Part shown: positions 63,138 through 64,000 of the stretch, piece after piece | How the letters are laid out: the number at the start of each line of letters is the position of its first letter | Position numbering within the stretch: the first letter of the stretch is position 1 | Notes under the pieces: generated by a model | What the model was told of the DNA's origin: nothing | Databases searched by the model: none | Seen by the model: only the letters and a program-made list of their open reading frames with translations | Made by a program: the position numbers and the translations under genes | DNA from: Comamonadaceae bacterium | GTDB taxonomy: Bacteria > Pseudomonadota > Gammaproteobacteria > Burkholderiales > Burkholderiaceae_C | Direction: 5' to 3' | NCBI GenBank assembly: GCA_947373105.1 | Contig: CANBWK010000004.1 | Coordinates: 1,400 to 65,399 of the forward strand | DNA: 64,000 nt

Positions 63138-64000
63138 TCACCCCGGCCGCACCATGTTGCAAGTGTTCGGCCGGGTGGCTTGCTCGGCGGTGAGCTGACG
63201 AATCACCCTGAAGCCGTAGCCTGAGCCTTCCACGTCGAATTTAACGCCCTTGTCACCTTGTTTGGCCATCATGCCCACCACCAAAGCTTGCTGAAACTGA
63301 TGGTCTGAGGCGCGCATGCGTCCCGTTTGCCCGGCCATGCTGACCTCGGATTTCTCCAGCTGCAGCGCCACTGCTTGGGGCTCTGAATTTCCGGCTTTTT
63401 CGATGGCCTGCACCAAGGCTTCAATCATCATCTGCATGCGCAAATGCAGGTAGTCATCAGTGGGTCTGGGAAAGCGCTGGCGAAACGATTGCACAAAGGC
63501 ATCGCTGGCAGCACCCGGCACATTGGGCAGCCATTCGGCCACGGCCAACACCTTGCCCACGCCAGCGTCGCCCAGGGCTGCTGGTGCACCCAAGGCATTG
63601 CCATAAAACGTATAGAACTTGCCGTCATAGCCCGACTCCCTTGCGGCCTTGACCAGCAATGTCAAATCATTGCCCCAGTTACCCGTGATCACGGCTTGTG
63701 CACCACTGGCTTTGATTTTGGCAGCGTAAGGCAAAAAGTCTTTCACGCGGCCCACCGGGTGTAACTCATCGCCCACCACTTTCACATCAGGCCGGTGCAG
63801 ACTCAACTGTTGCCTTGCCTCGCGCAACACGGCTTGCCCGAAGCTGTAATCCTGACCGATCAGGTAAACCGACTTGACCATGCGGTCGTGCTTGAGCACC
63901 TGCATCAACGCGCCCATGCGCATGTCGGCATGGGCATCAAACCTGAAATGCCAAAAACTGCACTTCTCATTGGTGAGTGCAGGATCAACCGCTGAATAGT
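63138..64000 (-). CDS. LivJ-like branched-chain amino acid ABC solute-binding protein, 3' part (5' end outside window)
   Basis: Open frame from the window edge: YSAVDPALTNEKCSFWHFRFDA..MRM, YLIGQDYSFGQ, VITGNWGNDL. Confidence 0.8.
   Translation of the reverse strand, partial: YSAVDPALTNEKCSFWHFRFDAHADMRMGALMQVLKHDRMVKSVYLIGQDYSFGQAVLREARQQLSLHRPDVKVVGDELHPVGRVKDFLPYAAKIKASGAQAVITGNWGNDLTLLVKAARESGYDGKFYTFYGNALGAPAALGDAGVGKVLAVAEWLPNVPGAASDAFVQSFRQRFPRPTDDYLHLRMQMMIEALVQAIEKAGNSEPQAVALQLEKSEVSMAGQTGRMRASDHQFQQALVVGMMAKQGDKGVKFDVEGSGYGFRVIRQLTAEQATRPNTCNMVRPG

Overview
This 64-kb window is mostly core chromosome from a betaproteobacterium. Gene order and protein sequences point to Comamonadaceae, possibly a Limnohabitans/Rhodoferax-like lineage (inference). 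In order it holds: parC (partial)-parE, an SDR, a methyltransferase, dapA-bamC, roxA/slyD, dut-coaBC, pyrG-kdsA-eno-ftsB-pnuC-NadR-like kinase, hslO, a gamma-CA, DUF455, xerD, queG-tsaE-amidase, dedA/mutL-MFS-miaA, arfB, the complete nuoA-N operon, tRNA-Leu(GAG), secG, tpiA, pnp, rpsO, hslR, several Bug/TctC solute-binding proteins and a partial LivJ-like binding protein. One clearly accessory block of about 8.1 kb (24374-32385) sits between the amidase and dedA. It encodes an acyl-CoA ligase, Bug, class III CoA-transferase, acyl-CoA dehydrogenase, a second Bug and an N-acyl-D-amino-acid-deacylase-like amidohydrolase, with no regulator or mobility gene. I saw no integrase-borne element, IS, prophage, CRISPR array or defence system. 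The most interesting non-coding signals are: a three-hairpin rpsO leader whose loop can pair over the start codon (candidate S15 autoregulatory pseudoknot); a long pnp leader stem; GTAG-type REP/REPIN elements; and at least seven genes with a -10-like hexamer only 6-8 nt before the start codon (candidate leaderless mRNAs). All functional calls come from motif recognition by eye. No database searches were run.
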